A stretch of 64,000 nucleotides of DNA, from positions 9,617-73,616 of the forward strand of contig JAQTRS010000002.1 of assembly GCA_028711705.1 (NCBI GenBank), read 5' to 3'. The position numbers were made by a program, and so were the translations under genes. Source of the stretch: Candidatus Moraniibacteriota bacterium. Lineage in GTDB: Bacteria > Patescibacteriota > Minisyncoccia > Moranbacterales > UBA1568. Shown here one piece after another: positions 10,082-18,514 of this stretch (its first letter is position 1; the number at the start of each line of letters is the position of its first letter). Below the pieces are notes generated by a model. That model was not told the DNA's origin, searched no databases, and saw only the letters and a list, made by a program, of their open reading frames with translations.

Positions 10082-10567
10082 ATGAGTACGATAATCGATT
10101 TTTGCAACAGGAACCGCGGGTCACACTGGTGGCTCATGATGATGTTCGCATCAATAATGATACCGTTGTTTGCTATATTCTACACGCTCTATCAATCCCT
10201 GGGGTTCACCCCTCAATTGATGGCGAAACTGATTATAGGATGCGACTACTCCGTCATCGAGTCCCTTTGGATCAATACCGGCCTCCAATGCGAAAACCTC
10301 TTTTCCATGGGAGCTATCATGAAAAACACGCCGTTCGCGCTGGATATCATGCTCCTTTATTGCATGACTTTCTCGACAACGTTTTTCCGTATTTGGAAGG
10401 GTCAGGTTTTCTTATCGGACCCGTCCACGGAATTCTGCGGTTGGAGCGTGCTTATCATGAGATTCAACTCCGAAGAAGAAGTTTCTTTTTCCACATTTCC
10501 TTTTATGAAAAAAGGCTACTGGCTCCAGCCGATTGAAAATTCAAAACAATTCGAGCTGGCAAAATAA
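10082..10567 (+). CDS. Hypothetical membrane protein (161 aa)
   Basis: Third-position C/G bias fits the genome, unlike the overlapping 10102-10536 frame. One clear transmembrane segment and an AGGAAAG SD. There is no homology clue. Confidence 0.35.
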   Translation: MSTIIDFCNRNRGSHWWLMMMFASIMIPLFAIFYTLYQSLGFTPQLMAKLIIGCDYSVIESLWINTGLQCENLFSMGAIMKNTPFALDIMLLYCMTFSTTFFRIWKGQVFLSDPSTEFCGWSVLIMRFNSEEEVSFSTFPFMKKGYWLQPIENSKQFELAK

Positions 10568-10585
10568 TATACACCTCTCAACAAT

Positions 10586-10630
10586 CCCGCTATCGCTTAA
10601 CGAGCGCTCTGGCGGGGTTTCTATTTCACA
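10586..10630 (+). terminator. Weak stem-loop (CCCGC…GCGGG) followed by a T-rich run after the 10082-10567 ORF
   Basis: A 5-bp GC stem with a 21-nt loop, then GTTTCTATTT. Confidence 0.25.
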
Positions 10631-10681
10631 AACAACGATTCCATCCCTTCAGAAAGCGACTTTCAAACAAAATATCATATA

Positions 10682-10710
10682 TTGACATATACGCTACACT
10701 ATGCTATAAT
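10682..10710 (+). promoter_or_regulatory. Consensus sigma70-type promoter TTGACA-17-TATAAT with an extended-10 TG, upstream of the small lipopeptide ORF
   Basis: TTGACA at 10682-10687, TATAAT at 10705-10710, and TGc immediately before the -10. Confidence 0.55.
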
Positions 10711-10786
10711 CGACCGTTGCTTTGAATGATCAAACAACACTCAATACCACTGGCTTTTTAACAAAAATTCTCAAAGGAGAATCGTC

Positions 10787-10918
10787 ATGCAAGAAGACAC
10801 CCGGATCAATCTCGGCATACTGATTTCCGTTATGCTGTTAATAGTATTCATTGCGATAGCATGCAATAAAACGGACAAAACTGAGCAAATCGCTCCGTCA
10901 ACGCTTTCTATCCGATAG
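10787..10918 (+). CDS. Small (43 aa) lipoprotein-like peptide (MQEDTRINLGILISVMLLIVFIAIA|CNKTDKTEQIAPSTLSIR)
   Basis: SD AAAGGAG. The N terminus is hydrophobic and ends in the lipobox-like AIAC. Hand-translated; under 60 aa, so absent from the ORF track. Confidence 0.4.
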   Translation: MQEDTRINLGILISVMLLIVFIAIACNKTDKTEQIAPSTLSIR

Positions 10919-10920
10919 CA

Positions 10921-10949
10921 TCGACAAACGGCTTTTCTTATGCTATATT
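10921..10949 (+). promoter_or_regulatory. Near-consensus promoter TCGACA-17-TATATT (extended-10 TGcTATATT) upstream of the second small ORF
   Basis: Read directly. The -10 context ATGCTATAwT is shared with the promoter at 10682. Confidence 0.45.
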
Positions 10950-10989
10950 CGAAAGGCTAGTAACTTAAAAACTCTGGAGGAAAAGAAAC

Positions 10990-11154
10990 ATGACTTCCGA
11001 AAACGTTGAAAAATGGCTCGAGACTATCGCCGCAAGAGAGGAAACTCAGACCTCGCCGAAAGTGAGACCATCATCACCGCAAGCACTGGAAATCCTTGAT
11101 GGAGCCGATGATCTATATCATTGCCTCGCTGATCAAGATCCGATTGCTCAATAA
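10990..11154 (+). CDS. Small hypothetical protein (54 aa, MTSENVEKWLETIAAREETQ…)
   Basis: SD GGAGG 8 nt upstream. Its N terminus is paralogous to the next ORF (MT-x-E-x3-KW-x-E-x-I). Confidence 0.4.
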   Translation: MTSENVEKWLETIAAREETQTSPKVRPSSPQALEILDGADDLYHCLADQDPIAQ

Positions 11155-11166
11155 TAGGAGAAGAAT

Positions 11167-11343
11167 ATGACTCCCGAAGCACACCGCAAATGGCGGGAAG
11201 ACATTGAAAAAATTCCAATATCTGAGACTCGCGAGATTTTGCTTCGCCATCATAGGCGGATCATTCCGGTTCTCAAAGAACCGATTCGTTTTACAAGTCA
11301 TGCCGAGTTGACACAAACGCCAGAAAAAGAACATATGGACTGA
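11167..11343 (+). CDS. Small hypothetical protein (58 aa, MTPEAHRKWREDIEKIPISETRE…)
   Basis: SD AGGAGA. It is paralogous to the 10990-11154 ORF and is followed by a terminator. Confidence 0.4.
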   Translation: MTPEAHRKWREDIEKIPISETREILLRHHRRIIPVLKEPIRFTSHAELTQTPEKEHMD

Positions 11344-11370
11344 AACATAGTCCCTGGCACCATACATCAG

Positions 11371-11408
11371 AAACAACGCCCGATAGCAATCCTGTCGGGC
11401 GGTTTTTT
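11371..11408. terminator. Rho-independent terminator (CGCCCGA-11nt-TCGGGCG then TTTTTT) that ends the small-ORF cluster. The uvrA2 stop lies at its T-tract edge
   Basis: A 7-bp GC-rich stem with a 6-T tract on the plus strand and A-rich sequence on the other side. Confidence 0.6.
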
Positions 11409-13956
11409 ATATACTCAGCACCCGTTTCAGGTATTCGCCGGTGTGTGAGCCTTTGGCATTAGCAACCTGTTCGGGCGTTCCCTTGGCGACCACTTTGCCG
11501 CCGCCTGATCCGCCTTCGGGTCCGATATCGATAAGATAGTCGGAACTTTTGATCACATCCATATTGTGCTCGATGAGAATCACCGAATTGCCCTTGTCCA
11601 CCAAACGCTGCAAAATCTCGATCAATTTTTTCACGTCCTCGTAGTGCAGGCCGATGGTCGGTTCATCCAAAAGATAAATCGTGCGCTGCAAATGCGGGCG
11701 ATAGAGTTCCGAAGATATCTTGATACGCTGCGCTTCCCCGCCCGAAAGCGTCGTGGCGGATTGACCAAGCTCCAGGTATTCCAAACCGACATCCCGAAGC
11801 GTCTTGAGCCGATCGGCGATGGCCGGGATATCCTTGAAGAATTCCGAGGCTTCCTCGACCGTCATCTTGAGCACATCGTAGATACTCTTTTTCTTATACT
11901 TCACCTCGAGCGTCTCCTTGGTGAAACGCTTGCCATCGCAAACATCGCACGGCACATAGACCGTCGGCAGAAAGTGCATCTCCACCGCGATCTCGCCATT
12001 CCCCTGACAGGTCTCGCAGCGCCCTCCCGGAACATTGAACGAGAATCGCCCAACCTTCCACCCGCGCACGCGAGCCTCGGCCGTCGAGGCATACAAATCG
12101 CGCACATGCGACCACATGCCGGTATAGGTTGCCGGATTGGAGCGTGGCGTGCGTCCGATCGGCGACTGATCGATCATCACGGCCCGGGTCAGGTATTCCG
12201 TCCCGCTCAGGCTCTTGCAATTGATGGCCTTATTATCTTTGTAGCGGCGATCGAAGCGCGCCTGCAGATTCTTGTGCACGATTTCATACAGAAATGACGA
12301 TTTCCCCGATCCGGACACGCCCGTCACGGTGATCAAACGCCCAAGCGGGATATCCACGTCCAAGTTCCGGATATTGAACACGCTGCCCCCGCGGACCTTG
12401 AGCGCGCCTTTTTCTTTGGTACGACGCACGGTCGGAACCTGGATTTTTTTCTCACCGCGAAGATACGAGAGCGTTACCGATCCCGATGCATTCGTCTTGG
12501 CCGTCAGCAATTGCTCCAGATCCCCCGACACCACGATATTGCCGCCATGCACGCCGGCCCCCGGTCCGATGTCGACCAGGTAGTCCGAGGCATAGATGGT
12601 GTCCTCGTCGTGCTCCACCACGATAATCGTGTTGCCCAGCTCGCGCAGACGTTTGAGAGTCGCAATAAGACGGTCATTGTCGCGCTGGTGCAGACCGATG
12701 GTCGGTTCATCCAATACATACAAGGCACCCACCAGCTGCGAACCGAGCTGCGACGCCAAACGGATGCGCTGCGCCTCCCCGCCCGAAAGGGTGTTGGCGC
12801 GCCGATCGAGCGAAAGGTAGTCCAAGCCGACATTCAACAGAAACTGCAGGCGGCTTTCGATTTCCTTCACCACCACGGCGGAAATTTTCTCCTCGCGCTC
12901 GGTCAATTCGAGCGTGGAAATGAACTCATAGGCGTCCCGGATGGTCGAGGCGGTATAGTCGATGATATTCTTGTCCCCCACCAAGACGAACAGAGCCTCC
13001 TCACGCAAACGGTGGCCATGGCAATCCTCGCAGACTTCCTCGCCGAAAAAGTGCTTGGTTCCCAAACCGTTGCATGTCGGGCAGGCGCCGTAGGGAGAAT
13101 TGAAACTGAACAGTCGCGGCTCCACCTCCGGATAGGAAAACCCATCATAGGGGCAGGAGAACTTCGACGACATCACGCGCTCTTCCCCGTCGAGGACGAT
13201 ACGGATCAACCCTTCGGTTTCCTCGAGCGCCTTGTCTATCGCCTCGTTCAATCGCTCCTGCGATCCGAACGCGTCGCTTTGAAATTCATCGAGCACGATC
13301 TCATCCACCAGCATATCGATATCATGCTTCTTGTTCTTGGACAGCACAACCTGATCGCGCAGGCTGCTCCGCACGCCGTCGATACGAGCCTCCACATATC
13401 CCTTGCTCAAGAAATCATACAGCATCTGATAATACTCCCCCTTGCGTCCGCGCACGATCGGCGCCCAGACTTGCAGCGTCGCAGGGACCTTGCTTTTCGC
13501 TTCGGGTTTTTCCTTGCGGTCGCTCACCATATCCACGATGAAATTCACCATCTCTTCGCTCGAGAGTTTCTTGATTTCCCGATTGCACACCAGACAATGC
13601 GGCCGCCCGATACGGGCATAGAGCACGCGCAAATAGTCATAGATTTCGGTGATGGTCGCCACCGTCGAGCGCGGATTGGACGAGCGGGATTTCTGGTCGA
13701 TGGAAATCGCAGGCGACAGCCCGGCAATCTCGTCCACATCCGGCTTCTGGAACTGATGCAGAAATTGCCGCGCATAGGTCGAGAGTGATTCCACGTAGCG
13801 GCGCTGCCCCTCGGCGAAAATGGTATCGAACGCCAAAGAGGACTTGCCCGACCCAGACAAACCCGTAAACACGATCATCTTGTTGCGAGGCATTTCGACC
13901 GTGATATTCTTGAGATTGTGCGTCCGAGCGCCCCGGACGATGATCGTATCCTGCAT
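11407..13956 (-). CDS. Second UvrA-family ABC ATPase (849 aa), about 93 aa shorter than the neighbouring UvrA. Candidate class II / UvrA2-like paralogue
   Basis: The N terminus [28 protein letters not shown] and tandem ABC modules resemble UvrA. The shorter length suggests the UvrB-binding/insertion domains are reduced. Confidence 0.8.
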   Translation of the reverse strand: MQDTIIVRGARTHNLKNITVEMPRNKMIVFTGLSGSGKSSLAFDTIFAEGQRRYVESLSTYARQFLHQFQKPDVDEIAGLSPAISIDQKSRSSNPRSTVATITEIYDYLRVLYARIGRPHCLVCNREIKKLSSEEMVNFIVDMVSDRKEKPEAKSKVPATLQVWAPIVRGRKGEYYQMLYDFLSKGYVEARIDGVRSSLRDQVVLSKNKKHDIDMLVDEIVLDEFQSDAFGSQERLNEAIDKALEETEGLIRIVLDGEERVMSSKFSCPYDGFSYPEVEPRLFSFNSPYGACPTCNGLGTKHFFGEEVCEDCHGHRLREEALFVLVGDKNIIDYTASTIRDAYEFISTLELTEREEKISAVVVKEIESRLQFLLNVGLDYLSLDRRANTLSGGEAQRIRLASQLGSQLVGALYVLDEPTIGLHQRDNDRLIATLKRLRELGNTIIVVEHDEDTIYASDYLVDIGPGAGVHGGNIVVSGDLEQLLTAKTNASGSVTLSYLRGEKKIQVPTVRRTKEKGALKVRGGSVFNIRNLDVDIPLGRLITVTGVSGSGKSSFLYEIVHKNLQARFDRRYKDNKAINCKSLSGTEYLTRAVMIDQSPIGRTPRSNPATYTGMWSHVRDLYASTAEARVRGWKVGRFSFNVPGGRCETCQGNGEIAVEMHFLPTVYVPCDVCDGKRFTKETLEVKYKKKSIYDVLKMTVEEASEFFKDIPAIADRLKTLRDVGLEYLELGQSATTLSGGEAQRIKISSELYRPHLQRTIYLLDEPTIGLHYEDVKKLIEILQRLVDKGNSVILIEHNMDVIKSSDYLIDIGPEGGSGGGKVVAKGTPEQVANAKGSHTGEYLKRVLSI

Positions 13957-13960
13957 AGGA

Positions 13961-13988
13961 TTGACTTTTAACCCAAATCTGCTATATT
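13961..13988 (+). promoter_or_regulatory. Promoter TTGACT-16-TATATT for small paralogue gene A
   Basis: Read directly; the arrangement matches the promoter at 14542-14570. Confidence 0.5.
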
Positions 13989-13992
13989 GAAG

Positions 13993-14033
13993 CTTCTTGG
14001 AAGTCTAGCAGATTCCCTGCAAAGATTCAAGAA
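13993..14033 (+). promoter_or_regulatory. Conserved leader element: inverted repeat TTCTTGgA-N24-TTCAAGAA at or just after the predicted TSS. It is duplicated (about 85% identity over about 65 nt) upstream of paralogue B
   Basis: Alignment of 13990-14063 with 14573-14645 made by eye. Confidence 0.5.
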
Positions 14034-14061
14034 CAGCAACCTTAACAAAGAGGACCCGGTC

Positions 14062-14463
14062 ATGACAATAATACGTTTCACGCTCGCTTCCGTTTTCTTG
14101 GATGCGATGGATCCGATGAACCCATCATCCGCCCACGAATTCCTTGCAAAAGTTCCCTTCTACGAAAAAATTATCGACACCTTGGTGATGATGACCCGAG
14201 GAGGGCACAAAGAAGTGCTCGGTGCCCTCTCGAACGCACCTTCCGAGGAAGAAGGGTTTACGGAAGTTATCTTCAATCAGACCGTACTGATACGCATCGA
14301 TCGTTATGGCGATGATCATCGTGTCACGATCACGACGCAGCATGATACTGAAACTGTCGCAAGCTTCTTCCGTCGATGCGGTATCGAGGCAAGCATACCT
14401 GAGGTTATGCCGAAAGACATCCCGCCCTGCACGGTCTTCGTTTCCCAAAACGACGCCGACTGA
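14062..14463 (+). CDS. Hypothetical small protein, paralogue A (133 aa from ATG 14062)
   Basis: The C-terminal region …DDHRVTITTQHDTETVASFF resembles …DMWRVTVFTDNEITHIVTQL of paralogue B. SD AAAGAGGA. Confidence 0.5.
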   Translation: MTIIRFTLASVFLDAMDPMNPSSAHEFLAKVPFYEKIIDTLVMMTRGGHKEVLGALSNAPSEEEGFTEVIFNQTVLIRIDRYGDDHRVTITTQHDTETVASFFRRCGIEASIPEVMPKDIPPCTVFVSQNDAD

Positions 14464-14485
14464 ATACGCTCGGCAAAACCGCCAC

Positions 14486-14530
14486 AAAAACCGCCGCCGC
14501 TTCCTGTCGCATCAGGAGGGGCGGTTTTTT
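14486..14530 (+). terminator. Stem-loop plus TTTTTT after paralogue A
   Basis: AACCGCC…GGCGGTTTTTT. Confidence 0.45.
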
Positions 14531-14541
14531 CATGGGAAGCA

Positions 14542-14570
14542 TTGACTTTCAAAGCGGGATTTGCTACACT
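14542..14570 (+). promoter_or_regulatory. Promoter TTGACT-17-TACACT for paralogue B, followed by the inverted-repeat leader TTCTTGAA-N24-TTCAAGAA (14576-14615)
   Basis: Read directly. Confidence 0.5.
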
Positions 14571-14642
14571 GACACTTCTTGAAAGTCTCGAGGATTCCCC
14601 GCAAAGATTCAAGAAATTTCCTTAACAAGGAGGATCGCCATC

Positions 14643-15038
14643 ATGTTGACCGCTATAGCATTCCCGATTCATAAAGACTCCGACTTCGAACAAATCTCGC
14701 GCGCATCACTCAATCAAGAAACCGATGAAAGCACGCTGTTTTACAGGAAATTATTCGGGGCCCTGTCTAAAATAGTAGACGTATCCGATGCTCGACTCTA
14801 TGAAGCGATCACGGCATTGCAAACGGACCAAGCGCTCCAGGAATATCCTTTCAAACAAGGGAATCGCATGGATATCGGCCCACGAGAAGAGGATATGTGG
14901 CGCGTCACCGTTTTCACCGATAACGAAATCACGCACATAGTCACCCAGCTCGTGCGTCACGACATAGTAGTCAAACTGACCGATGAAATACCCGACGAAG
15001 TGCCGCTTAAATCAACAGTTATCATTTTCTTCGGTTGA
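14643..15038 (+). CDS. Hypothetical small protein, paralogue B (131 aa)
   Basis: SD AAGGAGGA. Paralogous to 14062-14463. Confidence 0.5.
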   Translation: MLTAIAFPIHKDSDFEQISRASLNQETDESTLFYRKLFGALSKIVDVSDARLYEAITALQTDQALQEYPFKQGNRMDIGPREEDMWRVTVFTDNEITHIVTQLVRHDIVVKLTDEIPDEVPLKSTVIIFFG

Positions 15039-15061
15039 CATCGCACCAACATAAACCCAAG

Positions 15062-15105
15062 AAAAAAACCGCTACCTTTCTAACAAGAAATGTAGCGGTT
15101 TTTTA
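15062..15105. terminator. Bidirectional terminator (AAAAAAACCGCTAC…GTAGCGGTTTTTT) between convergent genes
   Basis: A 9-bp stem with an A tract upstream and a T tract downstream. Confidence 0.6.
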
Positions 15106-15125
15106 TGCGCGCAATGACCGGCATA

Positions 15126-16319
15126 TTACTGATGCCTCACGTCAAATAATGAAACCGGGATATCAATGTCCTTCGCCTTGACCATGAAATCGACGAAAAC
15201 GGATCGATTCAGATCGCTTGCTTGATCAGTATCGCTCCAGTACGACCAATCGGTCGCCTCCGCAAGCTGACTTTTATTTTCAGCGAATATATTCAACCAT
15301 ACGGAATAGCCTTTTTTCTGGGCCGATATGACCTCCGAGAGAATGCCGTTCAGAACATCTTTGCGTTTTCCGGGATCGACCGCTATCGTCATCTTTTCAT
15401 CCAATGTGTATTTCGAAGAGAAGCTTCCCGTATTAAACCAGATATCTTTCACTTCAAGCGTATCGGCGGCTTCCATAGCCAGGCGGGCATTCAGGTATTC
15501 ACGCGCATCAAACAGACCCACCCGTTCGGAACCGGCAGGCGGCGCCCATGGAAACCCCTGGATACCGAAACTGTCGACCAAGCCCTTCTTGATGCCGGAT
15601 ACATACGGAACCAGGCTGACATACTCGCCGCTCTCCCAGTTGAAGTCCTCATTGTCATATGTGGCCGAATTAAGCAGTACGCTCCCCTTCGCCTGAGGGA
15701 ATTCTTTTTTCAATGTGCCCAGGTATTTGTTCACGATAACCGAAAAATCTTTCGGGGTGGCGTTCTCATGGTTCCAATACGGCAAGTTCGCCTCGGGAAA
15801 CGGTACCCAGATACCCATCATATCATCCGTGACACCCTCAGCCTTGATGGCCTTGAAATAAGCTGTGATCCACTTATCGTAGAACCCGGTTCCGAATTCC
15901 TTGAAATCGATCAGTCCCCACTCATTCACGGGCTCGACGACCACGATCGGCGTCACATGGAACCGAGAGAATTCCTTCAGCGTCTCCGCCATTTTTTTCG
16001 CGGACTCGACGGCTCCATTCTTATCTTTCGGCATATCGGTAAAGAGCATGATCCTGTCGGTCACGAAAGAATCGCACACCGCCTGATACTCCGACAGCTT
16101 CAGAAGATGCGGGTCGGATGCCGACTCCAGATCGGTGATCTTCTCCCTATCCGAACATCGGCCCGCCGTCAAAGCGACCTGTTCGGAAACGGTCTTTTTC
16201 GGCAGCCTGATCACACTCCTGACATCGCGATCCGTCATCGAATGAAACACCAGCGTGAATGCGAAAACGGACAGGGCAAGGAATATGGATGAATAGGAAA
16301 GAATGCTTTTTACACTCAT
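15126..16319 (-). CDS. Membrane-anchored conserved protein, paralogue of 24368-25633 (motifs VPFPEAN, FGIQGFPW, WLNIFAENK…TDWSYW). Possibly a glycoside-hydrolase-like TIM-barrel enzyme for polysaccharide processing
   Basis: Clear paralogy with the 24368 gene. An N-terminal transmembrane segment. The start was chosen at the internal Met MSVKSIL; the ORF-track start at 16385 would overlap the GT2 gene. Confidence 0.55.
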   Translation of the reverse strand: MSVKSILSYSSIFLALSVFAFTLVFHSMTDRDVRSVIRLPKKTVSEQVALTAGRCSDREKITDLESASDPHLLKLSEYQAVCDSFVTDRIMLFTDMPKDKNGAVESAKKMAETLKEFSRFHVTPIVVVEPVNEWGLIDFKEFGTGFYDKWITAYFKAIKAEGVTDDMMGIWVPFPEANLPYWNHENATPKDFSVIVNKYLGTLKKEFPQAKGSVLLNSATYDNEDFNWESGEYVSLVPYVSGIKKGLVDSFGIQGFPWAPPAGSERVGLFDAREYLNARLAMEAADTLEVKDIWFNTGSFSSKYTLDEKMTIAVDPGKRKDVLNGILSEVISAQKKGYSVWLNIFAENKSQLAEATDWSYWSDTDQASDLNRSVFVDFMVKAKDIDIPVSLFDVRHQ

Positions 16320-16342
16320 ACCGTTGTCGTACGTTAATAATA

Positions 16343-17617
16343 TTAAATCGTGTCGGTCACTCCGGTCCGCTTCCATTTCTGCCACTCGACATCATCGCCG
16401 CGCAGCACCATCTTGAAACTCTTCAGCAATACCAGATATTCGACCCACACCAGGAAATAGAACAACGGCCACGTGAACGGAAACAGCAGAATCCTCCGCA
16501 AGGAGACGCCGTCGTGAGCGAAAAAAGCGTTGACCAGATAGATCACGAACACGAACAATGCGCCCAAAGTGATGGACAGGTAGTCCCCGGAAATGAAACT
16601 GTATGAGGCGAGAAACGTTATCGAGATGGGCTCGAAAAACAGCTGGATTTCCGCCAAAATAGAGAACGGCAGGATAAACCATGCCAAAAATATATTATGA
16701 TTCCTCCAATCCGTGGAAAAGAACATCCGGCGATATTTGAGGAACGTGTCCATGCGGCCTTTTTTCCAGCGCAAACGCTGGCTTATCAGACCGACTACAG
16801 TCGAAGCGCCCTCGGTATAGCAGATGACATTCTCCGCATAGGCGGAACGCAATCCGTTGAAGCGTATGCGCATCGACATCTCGATATCCTCTGTCTTATT
16901 GCTCGTATCGAAAAGGCCGAGCCTATCGAACACCGTCGCCTTGCGGAACGCGGCGCAAGCGCCTCCGAAAATATATTCCGCCCCCAACACGGAATGGGCA
17001 CGCTTGAAATAGAATCCGAAAAGATACTCGAGCCTTTGCGTGTAGCCGACCATGCTATGGTTCTTGGCGACACGGACATTCCCCACGACGGCATCGATCT
17101 TATCGTCCTCGAAATACTCGACCAGATTCGCTATGGCCCGCCTTTCGAGCGCCGAATCCGCATCGACCGTGACGATGATTTCTCCGGAAACTTTTCCGAT
17201 ACCGAAGTTGAGGGCTTCTCCCTTGCCTCCGTTTTCCTTATAGAAGTACTTCACCTTCGTGCTGTCCAGGTGCCTATTTTCAAGGTTCTTCCTGATGAAC
17301 TCCTTGACCACGGCATCGGAATCATCGGTCGATCCATCGTTTACGACGATAATCTCGATATTCTTATACGAGTTGCGCAGTATCGATTTGATAGTCTTGA
17401 GTATACCTACCCGTTCATTCCAGGCAGGGACGATGACGGAAACGAGGGGAAGGTATGCTCTTCCATGAATCTTACGTAGCTTTTTCAGCCGGATCCTGCG
17501 CATCGATTCCCTCATGGGATACAGCGGTGTTAAGAGCAAAAAGAGGTAATACTTCACCAACATCGCCGTAGCGAAAAAGAAAGCTATATTCTTGAATAGG
17601 TTGAAATACTCGTTCAT
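16343..17617 (-). CDS. Processive family-2 glycosyltransferase of the PgaC/IcaA/NodC type (N-terminal transmembrane segments, DxD, QRLRW)
   Basis: Motifs VIVPAWNE, VNDGSTD, VTVDADS and QRLRWKKG, plus a C-terminal transmembrane bundle. Confidence 0.8.
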   Translation of the reverse strand: MNEYFNLFKNIAFFFATAMLVKYYLFLLLTPLYPMRESMRRIRLKKLRKIHGRAYLPLVSVIVPAWNERVGILKTIKSILRNSYKNIEIIVVNDGSTDDSDAVVKEFIRKNLENRHLDSTKVKYFYKENGGKGEALNFGIGKVSGEIIVTVDADSALERRAIANLVEYFEDDKIDAVVGNVRVAKNHSMVGYTQRLEYLFGFYFKRAHSVLGAEYIFGGACAAFRKATVFDRLGLFDTSNKTEDIEMSMRIRFNGLRSAYAENVICYTEGASTVVGLISQRLRWKKGRMDTFLKYRRMFFSTDWRNHNIFLAWFILPFSILAEIQLFFEPISITFLASYSFISGDYLSITLGALFVFVIYLVNAFFAHDGVSLRRILLFPFTWPLFYFLVWVEYLVLLKSFKMVLRGDDVEWQKWKRTGVTDTI

Positions 17618-18306
17618 TTCTGTGTGTTTTGAATGCTTATGTACATACCTTGCAAGACATAGGTCAGACCGGTATCCTTATCCTCCATGATCAGGATCAG
17701 GGAGTTTGCGGCAGAATCGCCCTTCACATAGGGGTCGTCCGGATGAACGACGCTTCTGTTGGTGATGCGGAACATATATCGCCATCCGGTATCCGTATCC
17801 AAGAACAGGTTATCCCCTATCTTCAGATGCTCCGGCGTCGGGAATGTCCTCCAGCTCGCATTCGCGTATATCACGACATCACCGATATTGCCGTTTTTCC
17901 CATCACTCACGATGATATAATGGCCGTTATTAGCACGGTACAGCCAATCATCCCCGACAACGATCGATTCTATCAGATTGAGCTTGGAACTCATCGAGGG
18001 TATCTTCAGCATTTTCGGTTTCCCGAAGTTCCCGACCTTGCCCGCATCGATGTCTCGAACACCCTCATTCGGGCCGCCGACAATGCTATCGAGCGTCGTT
18101 TTGGAAGACAGTTTATCCAAGGCGTGGATATGCGGGATATCCTTATTGAAAAGCACCTCGATGCTATTCGCGAAAACAAACACCGTCAAAGAGGCGAAAA
18201 TCAGGCCGATAATCGCCATCTTGATCGCCGTCCACACTATTTTTAACGCCTTTTTAACAGCCATTGCAATATTTGTTGAATGATAAGAGAAATGATATTG
18301 ACACAC
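17614..18306 (-). CDS. Hypothetical membrane-anchored protein (start probably at the internal Met MAVKK at 18264)
   Basis: An N-terminal transmembrane segment and a 4-nt overlap with the GT2 gene (translational coupling). Confidence 0.45.
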   Translation of the reverse strand: MCQYHFSYHSTNIAMAVKKALKIVWTAIKMAIIGLIFASLTVFVFANSIEVLFNKDIPHIHALDKLSSKTTLDSIVGGPNEGVRDIDAGKVGNFGKPKMLKIPSMSSKLNLIESIVVGDDWLYRANNGHYIIVSDGKNGNIGDVVIYANASWRTFPTPEHLKIGDNLFLDTDTGWRYMFRITNRSVVHPDDPYVKGDSAANSLILIMEDKDTGLTYVLQGMYISIQNTQK

Positions 18307-18514
18307 AATATGCTTCCCAAAAAACCGGCATACAGCAACGCCAGAAGCTGGTATTGGGATGGTATCATCTGATAAAAATGCAGTATTTGCTCGTACATGA
18401 TCTTTGACACTAAATATAGCCGGCCAAAAAAGACTGACTGTATAGTGTATACCTAAATGATAATATCGTCAATAAAAAACGGTTTTTTGGTATATATACG
18501 CTATGTTTTTTCGG

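Noticed and set aside
10102-10536. Alternative frame 10102-10536 (+), which gives a more globular-looking 144-aa protein
   Set aside because: Third-codon positions are A/T-rich, unlike genuine genes here. The overlapping 10082-10567 frame has C/G-biased third positions and an SD. Both remain uncertain.
11566-13788. Plus-strand ORFs 11566-12297 and 12511-13788 (425 aa) within uvrA2
   Set aside because: Antisense to a clear UvrA-family gene; the translations have no motifs and are R/H/G-rich.
17614-18306. Possible sortase or signal-peptidase identity for the 230-aa anchored protein
   Set aside because: There is no catalytic Cys in a TLxTC context and no SGSMxP or GDNR signal-peptidase motifs; left as hypothetical.
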